Assembly (NCBI RefSeq): GCF_003334405.1
Contig: NZ_QOWM01000008.1
Length of the DNA stretch: 64,000 nucleotides
Source of the DNA: Escherichia coli
Lineage (GTDB): Bacteria; Pseudomonadota; Gammaproteobacteria; Enterobacterales; Enterobacteriaceae
Strand: one strand, 5' to 3'
In this document: positions 23,335 through 34,419 of the stretch, one piece after another
How the letters are laid out: each line of letters begins with the position of its first letter
How positions within the stretch are numbered: the stretch's first letter is position 1
The notes under the pieces: model-generated
The model's input: the letters and a program-made list of their open reading frames with translations, nothing else
The model's database searches: none
What the model was told of the DNA's origin: nothing
Program-made: the position numbers and the translations under genes

Positions 23335-25230
23335 ATGGCAGGGAAGTTTCGCTGCATTTTGCTGTTGATAGCAGGGCTGTTTGTATCATCTCTAAGTTAT
23401 GCAGAAAACACGGAGATCCCTTCTTATGAAGAAGGGATCTCGCTCTTTGATGTTGAAGCCACTCTGCAACCAGATGGGGTGCTCGACATCAAAGAAAATA
23501 TTCATTTTCAGGCGCGAAATCAGCAGATTAAGCACGGCTTTTATCGTGATTTACCACGACTATGGATGCAGCCTGATGGGGACGCTGCACTGCTGAACTA
23601 TCATATTGTTGGCGTCACCCGTGATGGTATTCCTGAACCCTAGCATCTTGACTGGCATATCGGGTTAATGAGTATTGTCGTGGGCGATAAACAACGTTTC
23701 TTGCCTCAAGGCGACTATCATTATCAAATTCATTATCAGGTTAAAAATGCTTTCCTGCGTGAGGGGGATTCTGATCTGCTAATCTGGAACGTGACCGGTA
23801 ACCACTGGCCGTTTGAAATTTATAAGACCCGTTTTTCTCTCCAGTTCTCTAATATTGCGGGTAATCCATTTAGCGAAATCGATCTCTTTACCGGAGAAGA
23901 GGGCGACACATATCGTAATGGCCGCATCCTTGAGGACGGAAGAATTGAATCCCGCGATCCGTTTTATCGTGAAGATTTCACGGTCCTCTACCGCTGGCCT
24001 CACGCTTTACTTAGCAATGCCTCGGCTCCGCAAACGACGAATATTTTCAGCCATCTTCTTTTACCCTCCACGTCATCGTTGTTAATTTGGTTTCCGTGTC
24101 TGTTCCTGGTTTGTGGATGGTTATATCTCTGGAAGCGCAGGCCGCAATTTACGCCGGTAGATGTGATTGAAACCGATGTCATTCCGCCAGATTACACGCC
24201 CGGCATGTTACGTCTCGATGCGAAGCTAGTTTACGACGATAAAGGTTTTTGTGCCGATATCGTAAATCTGATTGTGAAAGGAAAAATTCATCTGGAAGAT
24301 CAGTCTGACAAGAACCAGCAAATCCTGATTCGTGTTAATGAAGGCGCGACCAGAAATAATGCGGTATTACTGCCCGCAGAGCAGTTATTACTGGAAGCGT
24401 TATTTCGTAAAGGCGATAAGGTCGTTCTTACGGGGAGACGCAACAGAGTCTTACGCAGGGCATTTTTACGGATGCAGAAATTTTATCTGCCGCGTAAAAA
24501 GTCTTCGTTTTACCGGTCTGATACTTTTTTGCAATGGGGTGGACTGGCAATATTGGCGGTCATTCTTTACGGTAACTTGAGTCCTGTAGGCTGGGCAGGA
24601 ATGAGTCTGGTGGGCGATATGTTTATTATGATCTGCTGGATTATTCCTTTTTTATTTTGTTCCCTTGAGCTTTTGTTTGCCCGCGATGATGACAAGCCTT
24701 GCGTTAATCGTGTAATCATCACTTTGTTTTTACCACTGATTTGTTCAGGCGTGGCCTTCTATTCTCTCTACATCAATGTCGGAGATGTATTCTTTTACTG
24801 GTATATGCCAGCGGGTTATTTTACCGCTGTTTGCCTGACCGGTTATCTCACTGGCATGGGGTATATTTTTCTGCCAAAGTTTACCCAAACTGGACAGCAA
24901 CGTTATGCCCACGGTGAAGCTATCGTTAACTATCTTGCGCGTAAAGAGGCAGCAACACACAGTGGACGTCGGCGGAAAGGGGAAACACGGAAACTGGATT
25001 ACGCGTTGCTAGGTTGGGCTATATCGGCAAATTTGGGGAGGGAATGGGCGTTACGCATTGCCCCTTCGCTTTCTTCGGCGATTCGCGCTCCAGAGATTGC
25101 CCGTAACGGCGTTTTATTCTCATTACAGACGCACCTAAGTTGCGGGGCCAATACCAGTTTGTTGGGGCGAAGTTATTCCGGTGGTGGTGCTGGCGGCGGC
25201 GCGGGTGGCGGAGGCGGTGGTGGCTGGTAA
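23335..25230 (+). pseudogene. yciQ: DUF2207 membrane protein YciQ interrupted by one in-frame TAG at 23641-23643
   Basis: Track ORFs 23335-23643 (102 aa) and 23668-25230 (520 aa) are in the same frame, separated only by the TAG plus 8 sense codons; 102+1+8+520 = 631 codons; signal peptide only in the N-fragment. Confidence 0.6.
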
Positions 25231-25357
25231 TTAAGCTGATGTTAATCGAAACAAGCTTTAACCATAAAGATAGTGTAGTATGTTGCGCCTCAAAGCCAGG
25301 CCGATAAACGTCGAGTCGTTTACTTAAGGCCTGAAGAGTTCAAACAGACTTTACTAT

Positions 25358-25388
25358 CAGTGAGTCAGATGTAAGTTCTGACTCACTG
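25358..25388. other. Perfect 12-bp-stem inverted repeat in the yciQ–rluB spacer
   Basis: cagtgagtcaga-tgtaagt-tctgactcactg; no T-run on either side. Confidence 0.7.
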
Positions 25389-25440
25389 TTGCACAAAAGC
25401 ATATCAGACGCCTGGGAAGGCGACACCAAAAGGAAGCTCT

Positions 25441-26316
25441 ATGAGCGAAAAGCTACAGAAAGTGCTGGCGCGTGCCGGCCACGGTTCTCGCCGTGAAATC
25501 GAATCTATTATTGAAGCCGGTCGTGTGAGTGTTGATGGCAAAATTGCTAAACTCGGCGATCGTGTTGAAGTTACCCCTGGATTGAAAATCCGTATCGATG
25601 GTCACCTGATTTCGGTACGTGAGTCCGCTGAACAAATTTGTCGCGTTCTGGCCTATTACAAACCGGAAGGTGAGTTGTGTACCCGTAACGATCCGGAAGG
25701 ACGTCCAACGGTGTTTGACCGTCTGCCAAAACTGCGTGGCGCACGCTGGATTGCCGTGGGTCGCTTGGACGTTAATACCTGTGGTCTGCTGCTGTTCACC
25801 ACCGATGGTGAACTGGCAAACCGTTTAATGCACCCAAGCCGTGAAGTTGAACGTGAATATGCCGTGCGTGTATTTGGTCAGGTTGACGACGCGAAACTGC
25901 GTGATTTGAGTCGTGGCGTGCAGTTGGAAGATGGTCCGGCAGCTTTTAAAACCATCAAGTTCAGCGGCGGCGAAGGGATCAACCAGTGGTACAACGTGAC
26001 TCTGACCGAAGGCCGTAACCGTGAAGTTCGTCGTCTGTGGGAAGCGGTTGGTGTGCAGGTGAGCCGCCTGATCCGTGTTCGTTACGGTGATATCCCACTG
26101 CCAAAAGGTCTGCCACGCGGTGGCTGGACGGAGCTGGACCTCGCCCAGACTAACTATCTGCGCGAACTGGTGGAGCTACCGCCAGAAACCAGCTCTAAAG
26201 TCGCTGTAGAAAAAGACCGTCGTCGCATGAAGGCGAATCAGATTCGTCGTGCGGTGAAACGTCACAGTCAGGTGAGCGGCGGTCGTCGTTCTGGCGGACG
26301 TAATAATAACGGTTAA
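25441..26316 (+). CDS. rluB: 23S rRNA pseudouridine synthase RluB
   Basis: 291-aa ORF; S4 domain then RsuA-type catalytic domain; Arg/Gly-rich C-terminal tail. Confidence 0.95.
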
Positions 26317-26323
26317 TCAAAGT

Positions 26324-26350
26324 ATGCCGGACGTCATATCCGGCATTTTT
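26324..26350 (+). terminator. rluB rho-independent terminator
   Basis: atgccgga-cgtcata-tccggcat followed by ttttt. Confidence 0.65.
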
Positions 26351-26355
26351 ACAGA

Positions 26356-26946
26356 TTAATAATCGATCCCTATCTGCGCTTTTACACCGGCATCAAACGC
26401 ATGTTTGACGGGGCGTAATTCACTTACCGTATCTGCCAGTTCAAGAATATCCCGATGACAACCACGACCCGTGATAATCACCGTCTGTTGATGTGGACGT
26501 TCATTTAACGCCTGCACCACTTCTTCCAGTGGCAAATAGTCATACGCCACCATATACGTCAGTTCATCAAGCAAAACCATATCCAGTGAGGAATCAGCAA
26601 GCATCCGCTTTGCATGTTGCCAGACTTCGCGGCAGGCGGCGGTATCAGACTCGCGGTTTTGTGTATCCCAGGTAAAGCCCGTTGCCATCACCTGAAACTC
26701 AACGCCATGTGGCTCCAGCAGATTGCGTTCGCCATTAGGCCAGGTGCCTTTAATAAACTGCACGACGCCTACTTTTTTTCCGTGACCAACTGCGCGTGTT
26801 GCCGTACCAAATGCCGCGGTGGTTTTGCCTTTTCCATTGCCGGTAAAGACGATGATAATACCGCGTTCATCCTGGGCCTGGGCCACACGAGCATCTACTT
26901 TTTCTTTCACTCGCTGCTGACGCTGTTGGTAGCGTTCATCACTCAT
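26356..26946 (-). CDS. btuR: Cob(I)alamin adenosyltransferase BtuR/CobA
   Basis: 196-aa ORF; P-loop GNGKGKTT. Confidence 0.93.
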   Translation of the reverse strand: MSDERYQQRQQRVKEKVDARVAQAQDERGIIIVFTGNGKGKTTAAFGTATRAVGHGKKVGVVQFIKGTWPNGERNLLEPHGVEFQVMATGFTWDTQNRESDTAACREVWQHAKRMLADSSLDMVLLDELTYMVAYDYLPLEEVVQALNERPHQQTVIITGRGCHRDILELADTVSELRPVKHAFDAGVKAQIGIDY

Positions 26947-27701
26947 TGGGAAATTCCTGGTTTACGGCCCGGTTGGGCGTCAAAGGTCATGCCGGTTTTA
27001 CGGCGGCTGTCATCGCCCATCAGCCAGAGGTAGAGCGGCATGATATCAGCGGGTGTTTTAAGTTTCTGTGGATCTTCGGTCGGGAAGGCGCTGGCACGCA
27101 TTGCGGTGCGCGTACCGCCTGGGTTAATGCAGTTGACACGCAGGCGCTGCTGATATTCATCGGCCAGTACCTGCATCATCCCTTCGGTGGCAAATTTCGA
27201 CGCTGCATATGCACCCCAGTTGGCTCGTCCCTGACGTCCAACGCTTGATGAAGTAAAGACCAGTGAACCGGCGTCCGATTTGAGTAATAAAGGAAGCAGT
27301 GCCTGGGTGAGCATAAAGGTGGCATTAACGTTGACCTGCATGACGTCCTGCCAGACCTGCGGATTTTGTTCGCTCATTGGGCAAACATCGCCGAGCAATC
27401 CGGCATTATGCAAAACACCATCCAGACGCGGATAATTAACGGCAATGCGCTGTGCCAGTTGTTGGCAATTTTCGGACGTGCAGGTCAGCAAATCGAGAAT
27501 AAACCACTGTGGCTGACGCCCAGTTTCTTCGTTTATGTGGCTGGCTACCTGACGTAATTTTTCTTCATTACGGCCCAACAGAATCACTGTCGCACCATAG
27601 CGTGCATACGTCATCGCGGCTTCACGACCAATACCATCGCTGGCTCCCGTCACCAGGATAATGCGATCATTGAGTAAATCTTGTTTTGGCTGGTAATGCA
27701 T
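26943..27701 (-). CDS. yciK: Short-chain dehydrogenase/reductase YciK
   Basis: 252-aa ORF; TGASDGIG Rossmann motif; 4-nt overlap with btuR start. Confidence 0.92.
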   Translation of the reverse strand: MHYQPKQDLLNDRIILVTGASDGIGREAAMTYARYGATVILLGRNEEKLRQVASHINEETGRQPQWFILDLLTCTSENCQQLAQRIAVNYPRLDGVLHNAGLLGDVCPMSEQNPQVWQDVMQVNVNATFMLTQALLPLLLKSDAGSLVFTSSSVGRQGRANWGAYAASKFATEGMMQVLADEYQQRLRVNCINPGGTRTAMRASAFPTEDPQKLKTPADIMPLYLWLMGDDSRRKTGMTFDAQPGRKPGISQ

Positions 27702-27920
27702 GGCTACTCCTCAACGACGTTGTCTGTCGCGCTGCCAGTGTACTTTATGACTTTGGGGCTTTATGCCTGAAACAGAAGGGCATTTCAATCAGCCTGGGGC
27801 GATAACACCGCAAAATGGATACTTTGTCATACTTTCGCTGCAATAACATCTCTGCGAGACGGCTTAACATGCCTGTTGTAAACTGTGAGCCAAAGCGTTG
27901 TTTAACCAAGGTGGGGACTC

Positions 27921-28970
27921 GTGGAATTGTTGTCTGAATATGGTTTGTTTTTGGCGAAAATCGTTACCGTTGTGCTAGCGATTGCGGCGATTGCCGCCAT
28001 TATTGTCAATGTTGCTCAACGTAATAAACGCCAGCGTGGCGAGTTACGGGTCAACAATCTCAGCGAACAGTATAAGGAGATGAAAGAAGAACTGGCCGCG
28101 GCGCTGATGGACTCACATCAGCAAAAACAGTGGCACAAAGCGCAGAAGAAAAAGCATAAGCAAGAAGCGAAAGCAGCAAAAGCGAAAGCCAAACTGGGCG
28201 AGGTGGCAACTGACAGTAAACCCCGCGTCTGGGTGCTGGATTTTAAAGGCAGCATGGACGCCCATGAAGTGAACTCGCTACGTGAAGAGATAACGGCTGT
28301 ACTCGCAGCATTCAAACCGCAGGATCAGGTTGTGCTCCGTCTGGAAAGCCCTGGTGGCATGGTGCATGGTTACGGGCTGGCGGCTTCGCAACTGCAGCGT
28401 CTGCGCGATAAAAACATTCCTTTAACTGTTACGGTAGACAAAGTCGCTGCCAGCGGCGGTTACATGATGGCCTGTGTGGCGGACAAAATTGTTTCCGCAC
28501 CGTTTGCTATTGTGGGTTCCATTGGCGTGGTGGCGCAAATGCCCAACTTTAACCGCTTCCTGAAAAGCAAAGATATTGATATCGAACTGCACACTGCCGG
28601 GCAGTATAAGCGCACGCTGACGTTGCTGGGTGAAAATACCGAAGAAGGGCGGGAGAAATTCCGCGAAGAGTTGAACGAAACGCATCAGTTGTTTAAAGAT
28701 TTTGTGAAGCGTATGCGTCCTTCTCTGGATATTGAACAGGTGGCAACGGGTGAACACTGGTACGGACAACAGGCGGTAGAGAAAGGCCTGGTTGATGAAA
28801 TCAACACCAGTGATGAAGTTATTCTTAGCCTGATGGAAGGCCGTGAAGTGGTCAATGTACGCTATATGCAGCGTAAACGACTCATTGACCGATTCACCGG
28901 CAGCGCGGCAGAGAGCGCCGATCGATTGTTGCTACGCTGGTGGCAGCGGGGTCAAAAGCCATTGATGTAA
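27921..28970 (+). CDS. sohB: Periplasmic serine protease SohB (S49 family); GTG start
   Basis: 349-aa ORF. Confidence 0.93.
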   Translation: MELLSEYGLFLAKIVTVVLAIAAIAAIIVNVAQRNKRQRGELRVNNLSEQYKEMKEELAAALMDSHQQKQWHKAQKKKHKQEAKAAKAKAKLGEVATDSKPRVWVLDFKGSMDAHEVNSLREEITAVLAAFKPQDQVVLRLESPGGMVHGYGLAASQLQRLRDKNIPLTVTVDKVAASGGYMMACVADKIVSAPFAIVGSIGVVAQMPNFNRFLKSKDIDIELHTAGQYKRTLTLLGENTEEGREKFREELNETHQLFKDFVKRMRPSLDIEQVATGEHWYGQQAVEKGLVDEINTSDEVILSLMEGREVVNVRYMQRKRLIDRFTGSAAESADRLLLRWWQRGQKPLM

Positions 28971-28975
28971 AAGAC

Positions 28976-29004
28976 AAACGCGAGGCTAAGACCTCGCGTT
29001 TTGC
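28976..29004. terminator. Bidirectional terminator between convergent sohB and yciN
   Basis: aaacgcgagg-ctaaga-cctcgcgttt directly after sohB stop. Confidence 0.55.
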
Positions 29005-29005
29005 T

Positions 29006-29257
29006 TTAATCAACCAGATGATATTTTTCTGAAAGCACATGGGCCAGGTGTTTGAACATATTAAACACCGCGGTGCTTTTGGCTGTTGGCAATCCTTGTT
29101 CATCTAAAAAGTAGTCGCCGGTAAATACCAGCACGCCATTACGCTGCGTGACGCCGGTGGCTTCAATCCCTGCGAGCGTATCCTCATGCTCACGAATGAT
29201 TTTGTTGGCCTCTTTCAACAGCGTTTCGCGGTCGATGGGTTGTGTCTCTTTGTTCAT
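29006..29257 (-). CDS. yciN: Small protein YciN (DUF2498)
   Basis: 83-aa ORF. Confidence 0.9.
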
Positions 29258-29636
29258 TATTTACTCCTTAAACAAGGACATTAGTCTACGCCAGGCATGG
29301 CTTGCAGACAAATATACCACGCTGGTGGCAAGAGCGCCTTACTGGCAACTTTGGATTTTGCATGCTAATAAAGTTGCGTATCGGATTTTATCAGGTACAG
29401 TGTGACGCTTTCGTCAATCTGGCAATAGATTTGCTTGACATTCGACCAAAATTCCGTCGTGCTATAGCGCCTGTAGGCCAAGACCTGTTAACTCAGTCAC
29501 CTGAATTTTCGTGAACAGAGTCACGACAAGGGGTTGATATCCGCAGAGAGCGAGTCCATATCGGTAACTCGTTGCCAGTGGAAGGTTTATCAACGTGCGA
29601 CGCATTCCTGGAAGAATCAAATTAGGTAAGGTGAAT

Positions 29637-32234
29637 ATGGGTAAAGCTCTTGTCATCGTTGAGTCCCCGGCAAAAGCCAAAACGATCAACAAGTATCTGG
29701 GTAGTGACTACGTGGTGAAATCCAGCGTCGGTCACATCCGCGATTTGCCGACCAGTGGCTCAGCTGCCAAAAAGAGTGCCGACTCTACCTCCACCAAGAC
29801 GGCTAAAAAGCCTAAAAAGGATGAACGTGGCGCTCTCGTCAACCGTATGGGGGTTGACCCGTGGCACAATTGGGAGGCGCACTATGAAGTGTTGCCTGGT
29901 AAAGAGAAGGTCGTCTCTGAACTGAAACAACTGGCTGAAAAAGCCGACCACATCTATCTCGCAACCGACCTTGACCGCGAAGGGGAAGCCATTGCATGGC
30001 ACCTGCGGGAAGTGATTGGGGGTGATGATGCGCGCTATAGCCGAGTGGTGTTTAACGAAATTACTAAAAACGCGATCCGCCAGGCATTTAACAAACCGGG
30101 TGAGCTGAATATTGATCGTGTTAATGCCCAGCAGGCGCGTCGCTTTATGGACCGCGTGGTGGGGTATATGGTTTCGCCGCTGCTATGGAAAAAGATCGCT
30201 CGTGGTCTGTCTGCCGGTCGTGTGCAGTCGGTGGCGGTTCGCCTGGTGGTCGAGCGTGAGCGTGAAATTAAAGCGTTCGTGCCGGAAGAGTTCTGGGAAG
30301 TCGATGCCAGCACGACCACGCCATCTGGTGAAGCGTTGGCGTTACAGGTGACTCATCAGAACGACAAACCGTTCCGTCCGGTCAACAAAGAACAAACTCA
30401 GGCTGCGGTAAGTCTGCTGGAAAAAGCGCGCTACAGCGTGCTGGAACGTGAAGACAAACCGACAACCAGTAAACCTGGCGCTCCTTTTATTACCTCTACG
30501 CTGCAACAAGCTGCCAGCACCCGTCTTGGATTTGGCGTGAAAAAAACCATGATGATGGCGCAGCGTTTGTATGAAGCAGGCTATATCACTTACATGCGTA
30601 CCGACTCCACTAACCTGAGTCAGGACGCGGTAAATATGGTTCGCGGTTATATCAGCGATAATTTTGGTAAGAAATATCTGCCGGAAAGTCCGAATCAGTA
30701 CGCCAGCAAAGAAAACTCACAGGAAGCGCACGAAGCGATTCGTCCTTCTGACGTCAATGTGATGGCGGAATCGCTGAAGGATATGGAAGCAGATGCGCAG
30801 AAACTGTACCAGTTAATCTGGCGTCAGTTCGTTGCCTGCCAGATGACCCCAGCGAAATATGACTCCACGACGCTGACCGTTGGTGCGGGCGATTTCCGCC
30901 TGAAAGCACGCGGTCGTATTTTGCGTTTTGATGGCTGGACAAAAGTGATGCCTGCGTTGCGTAAAGGCGATGAAGATCGCATCTTACCAGCAGTTAATAA
31001 AGGCGATGCTCTGACGCTCGTTGAACTTACACCAGCCCAGCACTTTACCAAGCCGCCAGCCCGTTTCAGTGAAGCATCGCTGGTTAAAGAGCTGGAAAAA
31101 CGCGGTATCGGTCGTCCGTCTACCTATGCGTCGATCATTTCGACCATTCAGGATCGTGGCTACGTGCGAGTAGAAAATCGTCGTTTCTATGCGGAAAAAA
31201 TGGGCGAAATCGTCACCGATCGCCTTGAAGAAAATTTCCGCGAGTTAATGAACTACGACTTTACCGCGCAGATGGAAAACAGCCTCGACCAGGTGGCAAA
31301 TCACGAAGCAGAGTGGAAAGCTGTACTGGATCACTTCTTCTCGGATTTCACCCAGCAGTTAGATAAAGCTGAAAAAGATCCGGAAGAGGGTGGTATGCGC
31401 CCGAACCAGATGGTTCTGACCAGCATTGACTGCCCGACTTGTGGTCGCAAAATGGGGATTCGCACAGCGAGCACCGGGGTATTCCTTGGCTGTTCTGGCT
31501 ATGCGCTGCCGCCGAAAGAGCGTTGCAAAACCACCATTAACCTGGTGCCGGAAAACGAAGTGCTGAACGTGCTGGAAGGCGAAGATGCTGAAACCAACGC
31601 GCTGCGCGCAAAACGTCGTTGCCCGAAATGCGGCACGGCGATGGACAGCTATCTCATCGATCCGAAACGTAAGTTGCATGTCTGTGGTAATAACCCAACC
31701 TGCGACGGTTACGAGATCGAAGAGGGCGAATTCCGCATTAAAGGTTATGACGGCCCGATCGTTGAGTGTGAAAAATGTGGCTCTGAAATGCACCTGAAAA
31801 TGGGGCGTTTCGGTAAATACATGGCCTGCACCAACGAAGAGTGTAAAAACACACGTAAGATTTTACGTAACGGCGAAGTGGCACCACCGAAAGAAGATCC
31901 GGTGCCATTACCTGAGCTGCCGTGCGAAAAATCAGATGCTTATTTCGTGCTGCGTGACGGTGCTGCCGGTGTGTTCCTGGCTGCCAACACTTTCCCGAAA
32001 TCGCGTGAAACGCGTGCGCCACTGGTGGAAGAGCTTTATCGCTTCCGCGACCGTCTGCCGGAAAAACTGCGTTATCTGGCCGATGCGCCACAGCAGGATC
32101 CGGAAGGTAATAAGACCATGGTTCGCTTTAGCCGTAAAACCAAACAGCAATATGTCTCTTCGGAAAAAGACGGAAAGGCGACTGGCTGGTCAGCATTTTA
32201 TGTTGATGGCAAATGGGTTGAAGGAAAAAAATAA
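29637..32234 (+). CDS. topA: DNA topoisomerase I
   Basis: 865 aa from ATG 29637 ([17 protein letters not shown]...) inside ORF 29595-32234; Toprim, C-terminal Zn-ribbon Cys clusters. Confidence 0.96.
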   Translation: MGKALVIVESPAKAKTINKYLGSDYVVKSSVGHIRDLPTSGSAAKKSADSTSTKTAKKPKKDERGALVNRMGVDPWHNWEAHYEVLPGKEKVVSELKQLAEKADHIYLATDLDREGEAIAWHLREVIGGDDARYSRVVFNEITKNAIRQAFNKPGELNIDRVNAQQARRFMDRVVGYMVSPLLWKKIARGLSAGRVQSVAVRLVVEREREIKAFVPEEFWEVDASTTTPSGEALALQVTHQNDKPFRPVNKEQTQAAVSLLEKARYSVLEREDKPTTSKPGAPFITSTLQQAASTRLGFGVKKTMMMAQRLYEAGYITYMRTDSTNLSQDAVNMVRGYISDNFGKKYLPESPNQYASKENSQEAHEAIRPSDVNVMAESLKDMEADAQKLYQLIWRQFVACQMTPAKYDSTTLTVGAGDFRLKARGRILRFDGWTKVMPALRKGDEDRILPAVNKGDALTLVELTPAQHFTKPPARFSEASLVKELEKRGIGRPSTYASIISTIQDRGYVRVENRRFYAEKMGEIVTDRLEENFRELMNYDFTAQMENSLDQVANHEAEWKAVLDHFFSDFTQQLDKAEKDPEEGGMRPNQMVLTSIDCPTCGRKMGIRTASTGVFLGCSGYALPPKERCKTTINLVPENEVLNVLEGEDAETNALRAKRRCPKCGTAMDSYLIDPKRKLHVCGNNPTCDGYEIEEGEFRIKGYDGPIVECEKCGSEMHLKMGRFGKYMACTNEECKNTRKILRNGEVAPPKEDPVPLPELPCEKSDAYFVLRDGAAGVFLAANTFPKSRETRAPLVEELYRFRDRLPEKLRYLADAPQQDPEGNKTMVRFSRKTKQQYVSSEKDGKATGWSAFYVDGKWVEGKK

Positions 32235-32262
32235 CCTTTAATTCTGTCAGGTTTTTATAAAC

Positions 32263-32292
32263 AAAGGGTCGCGAAAGCGGCCCTTTTTTATT
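32263..32292 (+). terminator. topA rho-independent terminator
   Basis: aaagggtcgcgaaagcggccc followed by ttttttatt. Confidence 0.6.
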
Positions 32293-32419
32293 GCATATTA
32301 TTTTTTCTTCACACCTATACACTAAGGCTATAAATGATATAGTGGTTATAGTTAGCACCTTTTTTATTATTAAATCGTATTAGTCACCCGCCAGGTGTGA
32401 CGAAAAAACGATGTTCTGA

Positions 32420-33418
<999 letters not shown>

Positions 33419-33434
33419 TTTCTTGCGTTATTTT

Positions 33435-33475
33435 CGGCACCTTTTATGTAGCGAAGGTGCCGGAATATATTCTCT
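33435..33475 (+). terminator. Candidate cysB terminator
   Basis: cggcacctt-(10 nt loop)-aaggtgccg followed by T-rich gaatatattctcttttgtt. Confidence 0.4.
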
Positions 33476-33736
33476 TTTGTTACTTATTTCTATACCGTGC
33501 ACAATATTTTTATCCCTCATATTTATAGGGTAAATTACCTGTAAAGTAGTGTCTAATTACCCGCCTCGCAAACTCCAGTTTTCAAATATCTATTTCAGGT
33601 CAAAAGATTGAATTATTCACTGGAGACGATTCGTAAATTCGCTGGATTTTTGACTAAAGTTTCTTTAGGATTTGTCTCATCGTATGATTAATTACACCAA
33701 TCGTTCAACGTCTTGCTGATAAGTGATGGCGATTAT

Positions 33737-33877
33737 ATGAGGTTAGCAATGCCTTCTGGAAATCAGGAACCCCGCCGCGATCCTGAATTAAAACGTAAAG
33801 CCTGGCTGGCGGTTTTTCTTGGTTCTGCACTTTTCTGGGTGGTTGTCGCACTGCTGATTTGGAAAGTGTGGGGATAA
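33737..33877 (+). CDS. ymiA: Small membrane protein YmiA (46 aa)
   Basis: ATG 33737; MRLAMPSGNQEPRRDPELKRKAWLAVFLGSALFWVVVALLIWKVWG; too short for the ORF track. Confidence 0.6.
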   Translation: MRLAMPSGNQEPRRDPELKRKAWLAVFLGSALFWVVVALLIWKVWG

Positions 33878-33879
33878 CT

Positions 33880-34047
33880 ATGGTCGGTCAGGAGCAACTG
33901 GAGTCGTCACCATTATGCCAGCATAGTGACAATGAAACAGAAACGAAACGGGAATGTTCCGTCGTTATTCCAGACGACTGGCAACTAACATCGCAGCAGC
34001 AAGCCTTTATAGAACTGTTTGCTGAAGATGATCAGCCGAAACAATAA
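33880..34047 (+). CDS. yciX: Small protein YciX (55 aa)
   Basis: MVGQEQLESSPL... inside ORF 33859-34047; ATG 2 nt after ymiA stop. Confidence 0.6.
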   Translation: MVGQEQLESSPLCQHSDNETETKRECSVVIPDDWQLTSQQQAFIELFAEDDQPKQ

Positions 34048-34160
34048 TTATCATCATTCTTATTACCCATTTTTAATGAATTAAAGGGCTTTTAATACAC
34101 CGCAGCAATAACAGCTTGAGTTATCTCAACACAAAATAATAACCGTTAAGGGTGTAGCCT

Positions 34161-34256
34161 ATGATCAACACAAATATGAAATATTGGTCCTGGATGGGCG
34201 CGTTTTCTCTGTCGATGCTCTTCTGGGCCGAACTCCTCTGGATCATTACTCACTGA
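34161..34256 (+). CDS. Candidate 31-aa hydrophobic small protein MINTNMKYWSWMGAFSLSMLFWAELLWIITH
   Basis: ATG preceded by aagggtg Shine-Dalgarno; single predicted TM helix; followed by terminator at 34264-34293. Confidence 0.35.
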   Translation: MINTNMKYWSWMGAFSLSMLFWAELLWIITH

Positions 34257-34263
34257 TCCTTGA

Positions 34264-34293
34264 CCCCGCTGCGGCGGGGTTGTCATTTGCTTT
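34264..34293 (+). terminator. Rho-independent terminator after the 31-codon ORF
   Basis: ccccgc-tgcg-gcgggg followed by ttgtcatttgcttt. Confidence 0.45.
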
Positions 34294-34419
34294 GCCACAA
34301 GGTTTCTCCTCTTTTATCAATTTGGGTTGTTATCAAATCGTTACGCGATGTTTGTGTTATCTTTAATATTCACCCTGAAGAGAATCAGGGCTTCGCAACC
34401 CTGTCATTAAGGAGGAGCT

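Noticed and set aside
25150-25230. Gly-codon-rich tract at the yciQ 3' end
   Set aside because: It encodes the C-terminal poly-Gly tail of YciQ; it is a coding low-complexity region, not a simple-sequence repeat locus.
29434-29467. TTGACA ... TATAGC pair upstream of topA as a sigma-70 promoter
   Set aside because: The spacer between the hexamers is 22 nt, too long for a functional -35/-10 pair; topA promoters are known to exist in this spacer but I cannot place them reliably by eye.
29595-29636. N-terminally extended starts offered by the track (topA 29595, kch 8876, ribA 37812, pyrF 40450, puuP 57831, puuA 59576, puuD 59698, puuC 61237, yciW 48775, yciI 9550, tonB 9627)
   Set aside because: The downstream starts give products matching recalled family lengths and, where checked (yciI, yciF, yciZ), have better-placed Shine-Dalgarno sequences; the upstream extensions would begin inside promoter or terminator sequence.
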